DNA of 64,000 bases from Octopus vulgaris. Its lineage: Eukaryota. Below the pieces are notes generated by a model. The model worked only from the letters and a program-made list of their open reading frames with translations. It did not search any database and was not told the DNA's origin. The stretch spans positions 94,178,001-94,242,000 of the forward strand of contig OX597824.1 in the NCBI GenBank assembly GCA_951406725.2. Direction: 5' to 3'. A program made the position numbers and the translations under genes. Positions 42,270 to 55,999 of the stretch are shown in pieces. Each line of letters begins with the position of its first letter. The stretch's first letter is position 1.

Positions 42270-43562
42270 GGTTAGATGGATGGATGAATGGAGGGAGGGA
42301 GGGAGGGAGGGAGGGAGAGAGAGAGCGAACGAGGTGGGAGTGAAGAAGGGGAAGAGAGCGAGCGAGAAAGGGATGGATGGATGGATGGATGGATAGTTTT
42401 TTTCAAGGGCTGGAAAGGTGGATGGACGGAAGGATGGATGGAGCGAGGGACGGAGGGACGGAAAGACGGATGTGTGGATGGATGGATGGGTGGATGGATG
42501 GGTGGATGGATGGATGGGTAGATAGATGGATGGGTGTGAATGGATGGATGGATGGATGGATGGATGGATGGATGAATGGATGGATGGGCGGGTGGGTGGA
42601 TGGATGGGCGGGTGGGTGGGTGGATGGATGGATGGGTGGATGGATGATGGGTGGGTGTGTGGATGGGTGGATGGATGGATGGATGGATGGATGGGTGGAT
42701 GGATGGATGGGTGTGTGGATGGATGGATGGATGGATGGATGGATGGGATGGATGGATGGATGATGGGTGGGTGTGTGGATGGGTGGATGGATGGATGGAT
42801 GGATGGATGGGTGGGTGTGTGGATGGATGGATGGATGGATGGATGATGGGCGGGTGTGTGGATGGGTGGATGGATGGATGGGTGGATGGATGGATGGATG
42901 GATGGGTGTGTGGATGGATGGATGGATGGATGGATGGATGGATGGATGGATGGATGGGTGGATGGATGATGGGTGGGTGTGTGGATGGGTGGGTGGATGG
43001 ATGGATGGATGGATGGATGGATGGATGGATGGGTGTGTGGATGGATGGATGGATGGATGGATGGATGGATGGATGGATGGATGGATGGATGGATGGATGG
43101 ATGGATGGGTGGGTGGGTGTGTGGATGGGTGGATGGATGGATGGATGGATGGGTGGATGGATGGATGGGTGGATGGATGGATGGATGGATGGATGGGATG
43201 GATGGATGGATGGATGGATGGGTGTGTGGATGGATGGATGGATGGATGGATGGGGATGGATGGATGGATGGATGGATGGATGGATGGATGATGGGTGGGT
43301 GTGTGGATGGGTGGAAGGATGGTGGGAAGAAAGAGGGAAGGGAGGGAGAGAGGGATGGCTGAATGGATGGATGGATGGATGGATGGATGGATGGATGGAT
43401 GGGTGTGTGGATGGATGGATGGATGGATGGATGATGGGTGTGTGGGTGGGTGGATGGGTGGAAGGATGGTGAGAAGAAAGGAAGAAGGGAGGGAGGGAGG
43501 GAGGGAGGGAGGGATGGCTGAATGGATGGAGGGAGCGAGGGATCGGTCGATGGATGGATGGT
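42270..43562. repeat. ~1.3 kb (GGAT)n compound microsatellite
   Basis: Source of the 464-aa PSIH pseudo-ORFs. Confidence 0.95.
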
Positions 43563-43981
43563 CGGTAGCATTTTTCATTATGTCTCCTATCAATGGAAAA
43601 TTTCCCACATGAACAACTTCCGAAAGATATCAAGCTAGTCTTCCCATGCGGTATGATGCTGTTCACGGAACAATACAGAATGTCTTCCGCCGAACAGAAT
43701 ATTCTTATACAAAAACACGAATTATTTCTGTTGCATTTATTTTAATACATTTCTTCTTGAAGAAACATGAAGAATATTCCCCTCAAAACTTCGTCTAAAT
43801 GCATTCCAAACAAGGTAAAATTCTTCTTGATTACAATAAAATTACGTACTTTGGTGGCGGTCAACTGTCCAGCGTGCATCGCCATTTCATTTGAACTTAT
43901 TGAGAACAGAATATTTATGGTCAACTACTTCGAAACCTGTATCTGTATTTCTATTATAAAATCTACATTTGTACCTATAAT

Positions 43982-44567
43982 CATTTCTACTCTAGGCACA
44001 AGGCCTGAAATTTTAGGGGAAGGGGTCAGTCGATTAGATCGACCCCCAGTACGCAACTGGTACTTAATTTATCGACCCCGAAAGGATGAAAGCCAAAGTC
44101 GACCTCGGCGGAATTTGAACTCAGAGCGTAATGACAGACGAAATACCACTAAGCAATTCGTCCGGTGTGCTGACGTTTCTTTTTCCTTTACTGCCCACAA
44201 GGGTACAAACAAGGACAGACAAACGGATTGAGTCGATTAGATCGACCCCCGTACGCAACAAGTACTTAATTTATCGACCCCGAAAGGATGAAAACCAAAG
44301 TCGACCTCGGTGGAATTTGAACTCACAGCGTAATGACAGACGAAATACCTATTTCTCTACTACCCACAAGGGGCTAAACACAGAGAGAACAAACGGATTA
44401 AGTCGATTACATCGACTCCAGTGCGTTACTGGTACTTATTTAATCGACCCCGAATACATGAAAGGCAAAGTCGACCTCGGCGGAATTTGAACTCAGAACG
44501 TAGCGGCAGACGAAATACCGCTAAGCATTTCGCCCGGCGTGCTAACGTTTCTGCCAGCTCGCCGCCT
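43982..44567 (-). mobile_element. Trimeric family A SINE inside one TSD
   Basis: Three cores (near 44070, 44270, 44445); TSD TACATTTGTACCT(A/G)TAAT at 43964-43981 and 44568-44585. Confidence 0.88.
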
Positions 44568-45475
44568 TACATTTGTACCTGTAATGACTGAGGCAATCTT
44601 TTATGCCAAAGACTGTTTAAGTTAAAACCTCCTGTCCTTTGAACAGACGACTAATCACTAGCGCTTGTTTCCATGGGAAAGGAATAAACAAATGTAAAAT
44701 GCGCCTCCCGATAATAGAATCGCACTCAACGAAATGACTGTTAGACTAACGAATGATTCACAAGACCACGGCCCTAAACAAGCGTTTCAGAAACACTCTC
44801 GAAGAACTGGGGTCTTCAGGTAAAGATAGAGACAGTCTATATATATATATATACTCAAGTATTCTAAATTCAGATGGAAATGTCTACATATTTTGTTAAA
44901 TAATTTCCACGGTTTCATGTTTGATTTTTAGAAACAATCTCTCGAGAATTGAAAGAATTTAGAAAAAGATATTTGCGCGGGCCCGCACACACACGAACGC
45001 TCATTCACACATACATACAGACATACACAAACCTACAGACGCGCGCGTGTGTATGTAAAAATAAATTTCACACTCCACTTCAATGTAGTAAGTGATACTT
45101 GACTATCTTAACAAAGACTTACATATGAAAACCATTGTTTTATAATTGAATATAATGATGCGAAAACGAAGTATAATTATACATTTATCATTGAATATTG
45201 AGCTCTGTTTTTTCCTGTATGGACTATGTGTGTACGTGAGAGAGAACGTGTGTTCGTGTGTGTGTGTGTGTGTGTTTGTGCGTGTGTGTATAATTGTGCA
45301 TGTGCATGTATGCGTAGAGAGAATGTGCTTTATGAATATATATATATATGTATGTATATACATGTCTGTGTGTGTATGTGTGTGTGTGTGTGTGTGTGTG
45401 CGTGTTTGTGTGAGTGTGTATTAAAAATTACATTTTTTGTATACGTTGGGGTAGATACACAGACAGACGGACAAT

Positions 45476-45853
<378 letters not shown>

Positions 45854-45900
45854 TTTCGACTGTCTTTACATTCTGAGTTCAAATATATATATATATATAT

Positions 45901-46170
45901 ATAAGCTGGGTGGGAAAGAACTTCGTAGCCAAATTCCCTCAACTTATGGAGTGTCATTAGTGAAATGGTGTGGTCGAGTATTGTCATGAAGAATGATTGA
46001 CCTTCTTCTGTTGACCAGTCTGGGACGGAAGGGTAGCAGTTTTTCGTTCATTTTAGCAATTTCATGGCAATCTGTTTCTGCAGTTATGATTTTTCCGGGT
46101 TTTAAGAATTTATAGAGAATGAGTCCAGCAGTACACCACCAAACAGTCACCATAACCTTTGAAAAGCTCA
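45901..46170 (-). mobile_element. Mariner transposase catalytic-domain fragment
   Basis: KVMVTVWW...ILYKFLKPGKIITA...[20 protein letters not shown], then [18 protein letters not shown] after a frameshift (HDNARPH and HPPYSP motifs). Confidence 0.9.
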
Positions 46171-46261
46171 GGTTTGTTGGTATTTTTCCGAAATAGTATC
46201 CATCTTCACTATTTACAAAGAGCAGTGGAAATGGAGCGCATCGTAGGGTGTAGTAATTCCT

Positions 46262-47130
46262 ACAAAACTTCTTGGTAAACAATATTCTTTGTTTTCCTTT
46301 GTAGAACAAATGCAAATAGATTTTTTGGGGCTTCCCACTCTAGAGCAGCCAAATATTTAATCGCTCGTGTGAGAAGCATAACTCTTCTAAGTGAAGTTCT
46401 ATCACAGACAGTGTTTGACCCTAGGGTTTATTGATAGACACTGCGAAGCCGATACGAATAGGAAATTGCACGCCTCTGAATGAAAAGGGAATTTCTGCTC
46501 CCAATGGAATGAGAGGAATTCTGAGTACGAAAACATCCTCTCCGTTACCACATCCTGAGAGAACTGTGGCCTCAATAGCATGTGGTATCATCTTCTTTAC
46601 CACCAGGCGTGTCCCATTGCAGAGTGTTGGTGGATCCAAACTCCACAATAACATTACTGGAGTTCCCACTTTCGGTTCCAATGTGTGGCGATGTAGTCCT
46701 GAAGGCTCCAATAAAATTGAGAAATTCTTTTGGATAATTTACCACTTCTTCTGGATCTGGGACTGTATCAACTGACTCACAGATGTGAGGACTTCCAGGA
46801 AGGTACAGCAGCAGCTGCTCATTAATTTTACTAACTGTTGTTTTTTTCGAGCCAATTGAGATTGTGCTAATTTTTTGACCACTTGATGTAAAAGTTACTT
46901 TGCGAAGAGTTACCTCTCTTCTCCACATAACCCAGGAACGGGTGTCTTCTGGCCCCAGGGGGCCCGTTACTCGCTATGTGAAAAATTTTAAGAGTCTAAA
47001 ACCATCTATGGAACATAAGTAATGTATGTTCCCAGTTTGGAGAAAAAATCAGTTGAAAAATACAGCCCTTATAATCTTTTACACACATACACACACACAC
47101 ACAAACAGAACGGGATTTATATTATAGATA
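46262..47130 (-). mobile_element. Internally deleted Helitron: PIF1-like helicase C-terminus plus probable 5' end
   Basis: KVGTPVMLLWSLDPPTLCNGTRLVVK...RIPLIP...QFPIRIGFAVSINKP*GQTL...CFSHE...GKTKNIVYQEVL*; 5' terminus TCTATAATATATAAAT followed by (GT)n at 47130. Confidence 0.88.
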
Positions 47131-47137
47131 TATATCA

Positions 47138-48018
47138 GTTCTGATCAATAAGTATCCGAACTGTTGGCACAGTAATGAAACTAAAAAAGCACACAGAATG
47201 AAGCCACTTCGCGTAGATTGACCTTGATCTCTGCTGTGCATGCGCACTAAGTTTTAAGTTCTAGCTCACTTCCGCTGTTTACAGCAGCGCTTCGAAGTAA
47301 CGTGTGTAGCGTGTGATCGTCGCATTGACCATGACAGAGAAAGTTGTTATGGCGATACCTACTCAGAAGTCTACGCAAAGCTACAGAAAGTGGAGTGTAT
47401 GAGTCGCACACAAGTGTACGAGTGGTTCAGACTTTTCCAAGATGGCCGAAAAAATGTCGATAGTGACGAAAGTTCTGGACCTGAAACCAGCAGAACTGAG
47501 GAAAACACCACATATTTGCATGCAGCTGTGAGAGGAAATTATCGAATCACCATCCGTGAGTTATCGGAGGATGTGCAGGTTAGTTACGATTCAGTTCAGT
47601 CCATTATGACTGAAGATTTGGGTGTGAGACGCCTGTCTGCCAAGTTTGTTCCAAAACTGTTTTCATCTGGCCAAAAAGACACTCGTGTTTATGTTGCACA
47701 AAATCTCCTTAATTGCGTCGAGAACGATGAAAACTTTCTGAAAACTTTGCGTAGGCTTCTGAACAGGTATCGCAAAGCTTTTGGCAAAATTTGATGCAGA
47801 TTCTTGTTCAGCTTCCTCTGTCAAGTTCAACGCGACGAACACACGCTACACACCTTCCTTCCAAGCACTGCTGTAAACAGCGGAAGTGAGCTAGAACGTA
47901 AAACTTAGTGCGCATGCACAGTAGAGTTCAAGGTTAATCTGTGCCAAGCGGCTTTGCTTTCCGTGTTTTAGCTTCATTACTATGGCAACAGTCCGGATAC
48001 TTATTGATCAGACCACGT
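47138..48018 (+). mobile_element. Non-autonomous mariner derivative with ~250-270 bp inverted termini
   Basis: HTH region MSRTQVYEWFRLFQDGR...RITIRELSED...SAKFVPKL; terminal tctgatcaataagtatccg is inverted at ~47994-48012. Confidence 0.92.
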
Positions 48019-48234
48019 GTATATGGTGTATATGGTGTATGCATGTAATTCTGGTGGGGGGAGTGGTGTTGGCGGTGGTGATGCTCGAGTAAAAGCTGCA
48101 GTGTTAGAGTTGTGTGCGGTGTTGGAGGGAGTAAGAGGAATGGCGTCTGTATTGAATTTGGTGTTGGCTGAACATGATGGATAACGACAATGGTGATGTT
48201 GTAGGAGCGGTGGTGGTGTTAGCTGTGGTGACGG

Positions 48235-48606
48235 AGAGGAGAATGACGAGAGAGGGGGAGAGGGAGAGAGAGGGAGAAGGTGAGAGAGAGGGATAGGGAG
48301 GGAGAGAGAGGGAGAGAGAGAGGGAGAGAGAGGGAGAGAGGGAGAGAGAGGGAGAGAGAGAGAGAGGGAGAGAGAGAGGGAGAGAGAGGGAGAGAGAGAG
48401 GGAGAGAGAGAGGGAGAGAGAGGGAGAAGGTGAGAGAGAGGGAGAAGGAGGGAGAGAGATAGGGAGAGAGAGGGTGAGAAAGATATGGAGAGGGAGAGGG
48501 AGAGAGAGGGAAAGAGAGAGGGAGAGAGATAGAGAGAGAGGAAGAGAGAGGGAGAGAGCGAGGGGGAGAAAGAGGGAGAGAGACGGAGAGAGAGGGAGAG
48601 AGAGAG
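48235..48606. repeat. (GA)n/(GGGAGA)n purine tract
   Basis: Seen directly. Confidence 0.95.
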
Positions 48607-50044
48607 CAATATTGGCAGAGAATAAACGAAACCATCGGTGTAATTAACGCCGCTAAAAATGTTGGCCGTTCATATCTAACAGAGATTAATTAAAACGAGG
48701 GGGTCGTTTGCGTGTTTTGAAAATGGATACAGGAGTGAGAGGTGGGGGAGGTAATTAGGAAAGGAACTAAAGAAATGGAGGATGGTGCGATGAGGGTTAC
48801 TAAAGGGGGCGAAAGGGATGGGAAAGAGCAAGGTGTAAAAGTAATTACCCAATTATCGGTAAATTACTATTAAGACAATGTTGGACATTGTGAAGGATAC
48901 GGCTGGAAACGATTTTGCCCAAGACATTTAATCAAGAAATTTGTGTTTTCTTTTTTCTTCAAACTAGGCCTAAGGCTATGTATTCTGCAAGTGAAATATG
49001 GGCGGATAAAATTAATCTACTTAAACCCGAGTATACCATTGTAACATAAGATATTTACCATCCTTAGCTGCACTCAATACTGGAAAAGATATAGTGACCG
49101 ACTCTAAGCCAATAATGGTTTTTCTCCTTTACAGCGAGTCAGAGAGTCATAATGCAGCGATTTGATATCAGCTTCGTCACCATTTCGCCATTAGTCTCCG
49201 GACACGTAATTCAAACATCTGAGCAAAGGATGAGCAAACAAGATATATCTTTGGTTGTATTTGAACGCTGATTTGTAATGGCCTGGGAGACAGCTGTTAC
49301 TTTCCCTAATACTACTTGGCCAGCATTATTTTACATCGATCTGATTGGTTTTCTGTCTGGCATTCGGCTTGGCTGGCTGCCACTGATGATACGCGATACG
49401 GTGAAATCATGTAATTCGGTAGTACCATGCGCCAGTTTACTGATTGGAATTTTATCAACTGATAATAGAATTTCAATGATTTTCAGCATGTGTCGTCAAT
49501 ATGAAATGATTTTTCGGGAAATTTACAGCATTCGAAAGCAATAAAAACAATACATCCAAGTTGAGTTCCATGTGCTGGTTCTGTCGTTAGTAGCTACTTT
49601 GCATATGTATATATATTTTTTTATCTCTAGTTTCAGCTCAGAGCTGCGGCCATACTGATGCACCGCCGTTATATGTAATATATATGCATATATTTTTAAA
49701 GTAGTAAATCCGAAAAAAAAAAAACCAAGAACAAAACAAAACAACGCGAGGACGCGGTACATGTAAAGTATTAGCAGACGCTCAGGGAAGGAAAAAAAAG
49801 GGTGTTTTACGTTTCGAGTAAAGCTCTTCTTCAAAAACAGAAGGTGGAAGAAAGCCCAATAGAAAAGGAAGACGGAGGGGAAAAATCGCCAACGATTCAC
49901 ATGTGGCTACACTTTGAAATGCTTGCTATTTTTTTAAAATATCTACATATATATAATGCATGCATACATACATACATACATACATACATACATACATACA
50001 TACATACATACATACATACATACATACATACATACATACATACA

Positions 50045-50290
50045 TCGTCGTCGGTGGCGGCGTTTTATCGTGTTTTATCTGTCCGTGTTTACACATCTGA
50101 TCACTAACGAGGCCGATTCTTGCATGGAAGCGTCTGTTGCAAAGTTCATAGGGGATCCGTGGTGGAGGCTTTGGTTGTTGCAGCCTTCATTTTCTTTCTT
50201 GTCGTTTCTCTTCCTCTTTCCTCTGTCGTTCAACTTCAAAAGGATCTCCACTCTCGTCTGCGGTTGTGAAACTTGAACTCGTTACCGAAG
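50045..50290 (-). mobile_element. RTE-clade LINE 3' end
   Basis: FEVERQRKEEEKRQERK*RLQQPKPPPRIPYELCNRRFHARIGLVSDQMCKH resembles the RTE C-terminal C2H2-like motif (C..C.R.F.ARIGL.SH). Confidence 0.7.
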
Positions 50291-50304
50291 TTACATACAT
50301 AAAT

Positions 50305-50582
50305 ACATGACCATGGGATTCCATCTAGAAAGTTTCTCCGAAGCACAAGTCCAGGCAAGATTGTTTACGTCCACATCACTGATGTTATCCAAGGGAAAGG
50401 TAAAGGGATCGATACAGCTTGGCACCAGTGATGTTGCAACACATTTCTACAGCTGAGTGAACTGGAGCAATGTGAAATAAAGTGTCTTGTTCAAGAACAC
50501 AACACACAGCCTGGTCCGGGATTCAAACTCACAACCTCTTGATTGTGAGCCTAACGGTTTAACCAATGAGCCATGCGCCTTC
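50305..50582 (-). mobile_element. Family D tRNA-derived SINE
   Basis: Minus strand ggcgcatggctcattggtta (A box)...gagtttgaatccc (B box)...ttgctccagttcactcagctg. Confidence 0.8.
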
Positions 50583-50606
50583 GCACACACATACACATTT
50601 ATATGC

Positions 50607-50695
<89 letters not shown>

Positions 50696-51213
50696 TGCTG
50701 TAGAGGTGTGAGAGAGAAGAAAGAGAAAAACTAGGTAAAAAGAAGAAGAGAGCCAGGAAGAAACGTAAGTGGGTTGGGGTTATATGCTCGTTAAATACCG
50801 GAGGAGCAGACAGACAGAAGGATCGAGCGAGCGATAACTCGATCGCTCGACAGACAGGCAGACGGACAGGCAGACAGACAGACAGACAGATAGATAGATA
50901 GATACATACATATATACATACATACATACATACATACATACATACATACATACATACATAATGTTAATTTATTGATAACATAACGTGCACTGTTCTGTCT
51001 TAGTCCGGCTTTCACGGTTTTATACTCTTCGACACGATGCACAGAATCTTATTCGCTCAATGTTTTTAAAAATGTAATCAACACACATACACACGCACAT
51101 TATATATTATATTATATTATAATATAATATAATATAATATAATGTATTATAAGATAGATAGATAAATAGATAGATGGATGATAGATAGATAGAAAGAAAT
51201 CATATAGATATAT

Positions 51214-51254
<41 letters not shown>

Positions 51255-51343
51255 TTCTTTATCTGATAGATAGATAGAAAGAAATCATATATATATATAT
51301 ATATACATATATCTATATGATTTCTTTCTATCTATCTATCTAT

Positions 51344-51402
<59 letters not shown>

Positions 51403-51407
51403 GCATG

Positions 51408-51442
<35 letters not shown>

Positions 51443-51457
51443 TTATATATGCATTTA

Positions 51458-51502
<45 letters not shown>

Positions 51503-52904
51503 GTACACACTTGCAAATATATAGATTATGCACAAACCTACACACACACCTACAAACAAACGCAGGCGCACGCACACGCAAACACACACACACACACACA
51601 CACACACGCTTGCCATCGAATTTGTAGTTTGTGGTCGCGTGCTGGGTAATACGTTGTTGCGTGAATTGAAATCCGTCTCCACCTCGAAATGAAGAAGACA
51701 AATAAAGAACTCGTTTATTTGTTTTGTTTGTTTTGTTTGATTGTTCGTTCGTTCGTTTGTTTTCTTCTCTCATCTTTCTTCACTGCAACTTGTGTGCGAT
51801 AAATATTTGCGAAAAGTGAAATTTTATTTGGGAAAAAAACAATTTGTTTTATGCCATCCATAACATATCGGATGCATGAGCCGAAAAGAAAAACCAAAAA
51901 ACCAAAAAAAAAAAAAAAAAAAACCCAACATGTTAAATCTTTTACTAATGCAAAGCAACATTGGTGAGATTTTTTTTTTTTTTCTGTAATGTTCCTACAA
52001 AATACCCAGCAGATGTTTTGGGGTGTTAATCCTAATCCTAATGTTTATTCACTTAATTTAATATCGTGCTGCATAATCTCCCCCGATGAAACAAGCAAGA
52101 CTTTACCAACCGGAAGCTAAGAGGAGTTAAACAAAAATAAAAATAATAATAAAACATAAGAATAAAAAAATGTATAATGTCTTCAATACACGCCATATTT
52201 GTTGTCGTTTTTCTTTTTTTTTCCTTTTGACTAATCGAACGCAAGTAGTTTAACATCAAAAGTAACTACAATTACTTTTGTCCCTTTATCGTTTACAAAC
52301 GTTTTGACGTAATGCAGTCTTACGGTTATATTTCGTTTTAATATCCGATTTTAACGGCGAAATTCCTGCGATGGAAACTTGTTCGTATTCAAATCAAACT
52401 TCAAAAGCTTACATAATCCGGTTGGTTTGAGTAATGTGCGATTTCTTCTGTAATAAAATGTCTCCAGCAATTAGATCTATTTTCTTTTCTATGACTGCTC
52501 TTTATTTAAATTTATCCCCCGCTATCAACCATTACTTTTTTGTTTAATTGCATTAAAGCTAATACTTTTATTTGTACTAAACATTTGCTTTTAAAAATAG
52601 GTTTTATACAGGATGCCGATTAGAATTTCATGCGTAATTTACCCCCTGACAAAATCGTGCGAAATTGTGACGTACGTTACAACAATTAACTCCACTAAAT
52701 GAATATATGGGGTTCTGGGGGAGGCTTTACGGTTGAAGAAACCTCCCGATGAACGAATATCGAGACACAGGTTCGATTCTCAAATGAACCGTTCCACTAC
52801 ATTTCTTATTTGAATCCAACTGTCATGCGTATCTTGAGAAGTGAAAGATAACGACAAGCATGATTTGCTCCCAATACGTTATTATAGAATATGTTCCAAC
52901 GGTT

Positions 52905-52952
<48 letters not shown>

Positions 52953-53039
52953 ATAGTAGCAGTAGTAGGTGTTGCTGTTGTTGTCTTCTTCTTCCAATCA
53001 TGACTCACGCCATTAGCCACAAAGAATAATCTCTAATTC

Positions 53040-53473
53040 GAGCCTACTCTAAGCTACTAAGAATGCGTGCGGCAACTTGAAGATCCACCCACCACATGCG
53101 ATAGACGGCGGTTGCACAGACGCAAAAGCTACGCTGTTATCCTCATTTCGTAAACGGTGGTTTTTAACGGGTGGAGAGCTGAACCATCTTGGGTTACAGA
53201 GGATTCGCAATCTAGACTAGGGTCTGAAAGTTTACCACACCATAGTGGGTTACACCATGGGTCTTCTGTTTTGTGACAGAAGAAGGAAGGAAAAGTGAGA
53301 GAAAGTTGTGGTGAAAGAGTACAGCGGGGTTCACCACCCCTCTCCGCCGGAGCCCCGTGGAGCTTAGGTGTTTTTTGCCCAGTAAACACTCACAAATCCC
53401 GGTCTGGGAATCGAAAACGCGTTCTTACGACCGCGAGTCCGCTGCCCTAACCACTGGGCCATTGCGCCTCCAC
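53040..53473 (-). mobile_element. Family C tRNA-derived SINE with a different 3' part
   Basis: 53305-53473 is the reverse complement of 9401-9569; 3' boundary uncertain. Confidence 0.8.
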
Positions 53474-53728
53474 TTTGCTGTTGTTGTTGTTGTTATTGCT
53501 ATTGTATAACTCCAGGTCTGCTTCTATCGAGGAGATTTCTAATCAAAGAGCATTCACGCCATGGCCACTGTGTCTTTATAATTGAGAAATGCAGCACCAT
53601 GGACAAGGTTATCAAGTGTGTGTTTTGTACAACATTCAGGCGTGTTTTGAAGGAGATTTGGCCGCTTTTTCTAGCAGGTCCAACGATCTCGTAGCAATTT
53701 ATCCGTTGATATGAACATCGAAAGAACT

Positions 53729-54095
53729 ATGGACAACATCCAGAGGTCCTGGCTTGGCTATGCTTCCGAAGTGCCTTGCCAGTTCGAGCTAAACTCACGA
53801 GGAACGGCATCAGGGTTTTGCCTACGTGCCCACGTTGCGGGCAGAGCAACGAAACTGTTCTGCACGTAATCGTATAGTGTCCTAGTCTCTCGGACCTGTG
53901 GGTTTCTACCGAATGGATACTGTCACAGCTGGGGAGAGTACAGCTGTCAGCCGAATCTATTATTAAAATCGTTCCGCGGTCTCCTGTAAAAGAAGAGAAA
54001 TTCTGCTTTCTAGTCATAATCGCTACAGCGATACAGCGTCTTCAGGCATGCTTTAGTGAACCTTTTTTCACATCACCTAAGAGGGAAAGCATGTC
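53729..54095 (+). mobile_element. Tx1/L1-like LINE ORF2 zinc-knuckle fragment
   Basis: LAWLCFRSALPVRAKLTRNGIRVLPTCPRCGQSNETVLHVIV*CPSLSDLW (CCHC), with a stop and frameshifts. Confidence 0.8.
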
Positions 54096-55431
54096 TGGAG
54101 AAGAAATGCCTGACGACAAAAATGTAGGAGTGGAGATGGAAGCAGGCCGAATGTTGGGTATGTAAGTGCCAAATTAAGCGGAGTAAAAAAAAAGAGGACA
54201 AAATAAAGTATATTATAAGTTATTTTGCCTGGACTGATAATCCCTCATTAATAGTTCTGTTGTGTGTGTGTGTGTGTGTGTGTATACACGAGTTTCTAGG
54301 AAGTTTCCGACTGCAAAATTCGCTTAGCAGGTAGCAGTCAGCTCGAGGAGAAGAAACTCGTCCATGGTATCACGCAATGGGACTGAACCAAGAAACCACA
54401 TGTTTGCAAAACAATATTCATAAACCACACAATCATTACGACGACACGGCTCTATCTCAATCATCATTCTCAGATATTTCTGACAACCGGATATATAAAG
54501 TAATCGTCCCAGGAATATACTTCGTAGCTCCTGTATCGGATTAGATCTCACAGACTAGAAATTATGAGTACGCTGTCTTATAAAATCGTTCCTTTGTAGC
54601 TTTTTTTCTTTCTTACTACACAATATGAACAGAAAGATCTATAATTGAACACTAAAGCAAAATTTCAGCCTAGGAGCCACCAGTAACTTTGGAAGTCTTG
54701 TTGCAGGTTTGATCTCATAGTCTAAGAATTATTAATATCACGTCTTGTTTGCAATCATTCATTTTTTCCTCTATGAAGAGTGAAGCGATCAAGCTATAAT
54801 TACACATCGAAATAAGATTAGAGTCATTACAGCCTAGAAGCCACAAAAACGTGCGTGTCTACATATTAATCAACCCCGATATGGTACTGTTATTTTAAAG
54901 TTAAATCACAATGACTCACGTTCTTGGAAGAGAAGGGAAATATGTGCGCGCTTGTAATGTCCTTGAGAACACAATCTATTAACAATGGAATTTTGTCTTA
55001 AGGAACTTAATTTTACACTTGAAAGACTTTTAATTCATAGCTTTTACAAGATAACACTAACATGCCTCAACGCTTTTGTTGTTGGCGTTGTTGTTCCTGT
55101 TATTTTAGAGATGGAGAATGGCTGCTTTATTAGATTGATAGTGAAGCGGTAATGGTGGTGGTTGTGGTGATGGGGATTGTGGTGGTGGTGGTGGTGGTAG
55201 TTGTGATGGTTGGCAGAATTAAAACAGTGTAAGAGAAATTACATCGTCATATTCGATTGCGTCTTTTTTACGTTCCAAGTTCGAATCGTGCTGCAGCAAT
55301 CGACTTCGGCTTTTATTCTTTAATTTTAAGGATGTGTTACTCGAAAAGGGCTCAGCTGCAGCTAAACGAGAACAATAAGCGACAACAGCTAACAAACCAA
55401 CAGATACATACATATGTGTGTGTATACATAC

Positions 55432-55491
<60 letters not shown>

Positions 55492-55495
<4 letters not shown>

Positions 55496-55693
55496 ATGCG
55501 TGTAGTTTAGTTGTTAGGGTGTCATCATCATGATCGTAAGACTGTGGTTTCGATTCCACGTTGCTCCAGTCCACTCAGCAGGCAAAAATGAGTAACGCTG
55601 CGATGGACTGGCGTCCCGTCCAGCTGGGGAACACATACGCCATAGAAACCGGGAAACCGGGCCGATGAGCCTGTCTAGGCTTTAAAAGGACGC

Positions 55694-55697
<4 letters not shown>
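55492..55697 (+). mobile_element. tRNA-derived SINE with V-domain-like core
   Basis: B box GGTTTCGATTCC; ctgcgatggactggcgtcccgtccag resembles the V-SINE central motif as I recall it. Confidence 0.65.
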
Positions 55698-55759
<62 letters not shown>

Positions 55760-55764
<5 letters not shown>

Positions 55765-55999
55765 TAGTTTTATTTTTATAGCGTGCTTTCACTTCACTGC
55801 CGAGCGCAGCTCTGTGTGCCTTGGGTATGTGCTGTGGTTTGCTGTGATGCTCTGATGGTTACTGTATGGAAAGTGTTCTGCGTAGGATGTGTGCAGTGCC
55901 TAGTAGTGCAATTTTCTGTATGTTATATGTGTTTGTAAGTCCTGGTGTTTTTGTTATGTATTTGTCTGAATATTTTTTTATCATGCCTAATGCACCTAC

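Noticed and set aside
42177-43666. 464-aa and 401-aa Pro/Ser/Ile/His-rich ORFs
   Set aside because: Translations of a (GGAT)n microsatellite, open in several frames on both strands.
46421-46711. Host PIF1 helicase gene
   Set aside because: Stops and frameshifts, no introns, truncated and linked to a Helitron-like terminus.
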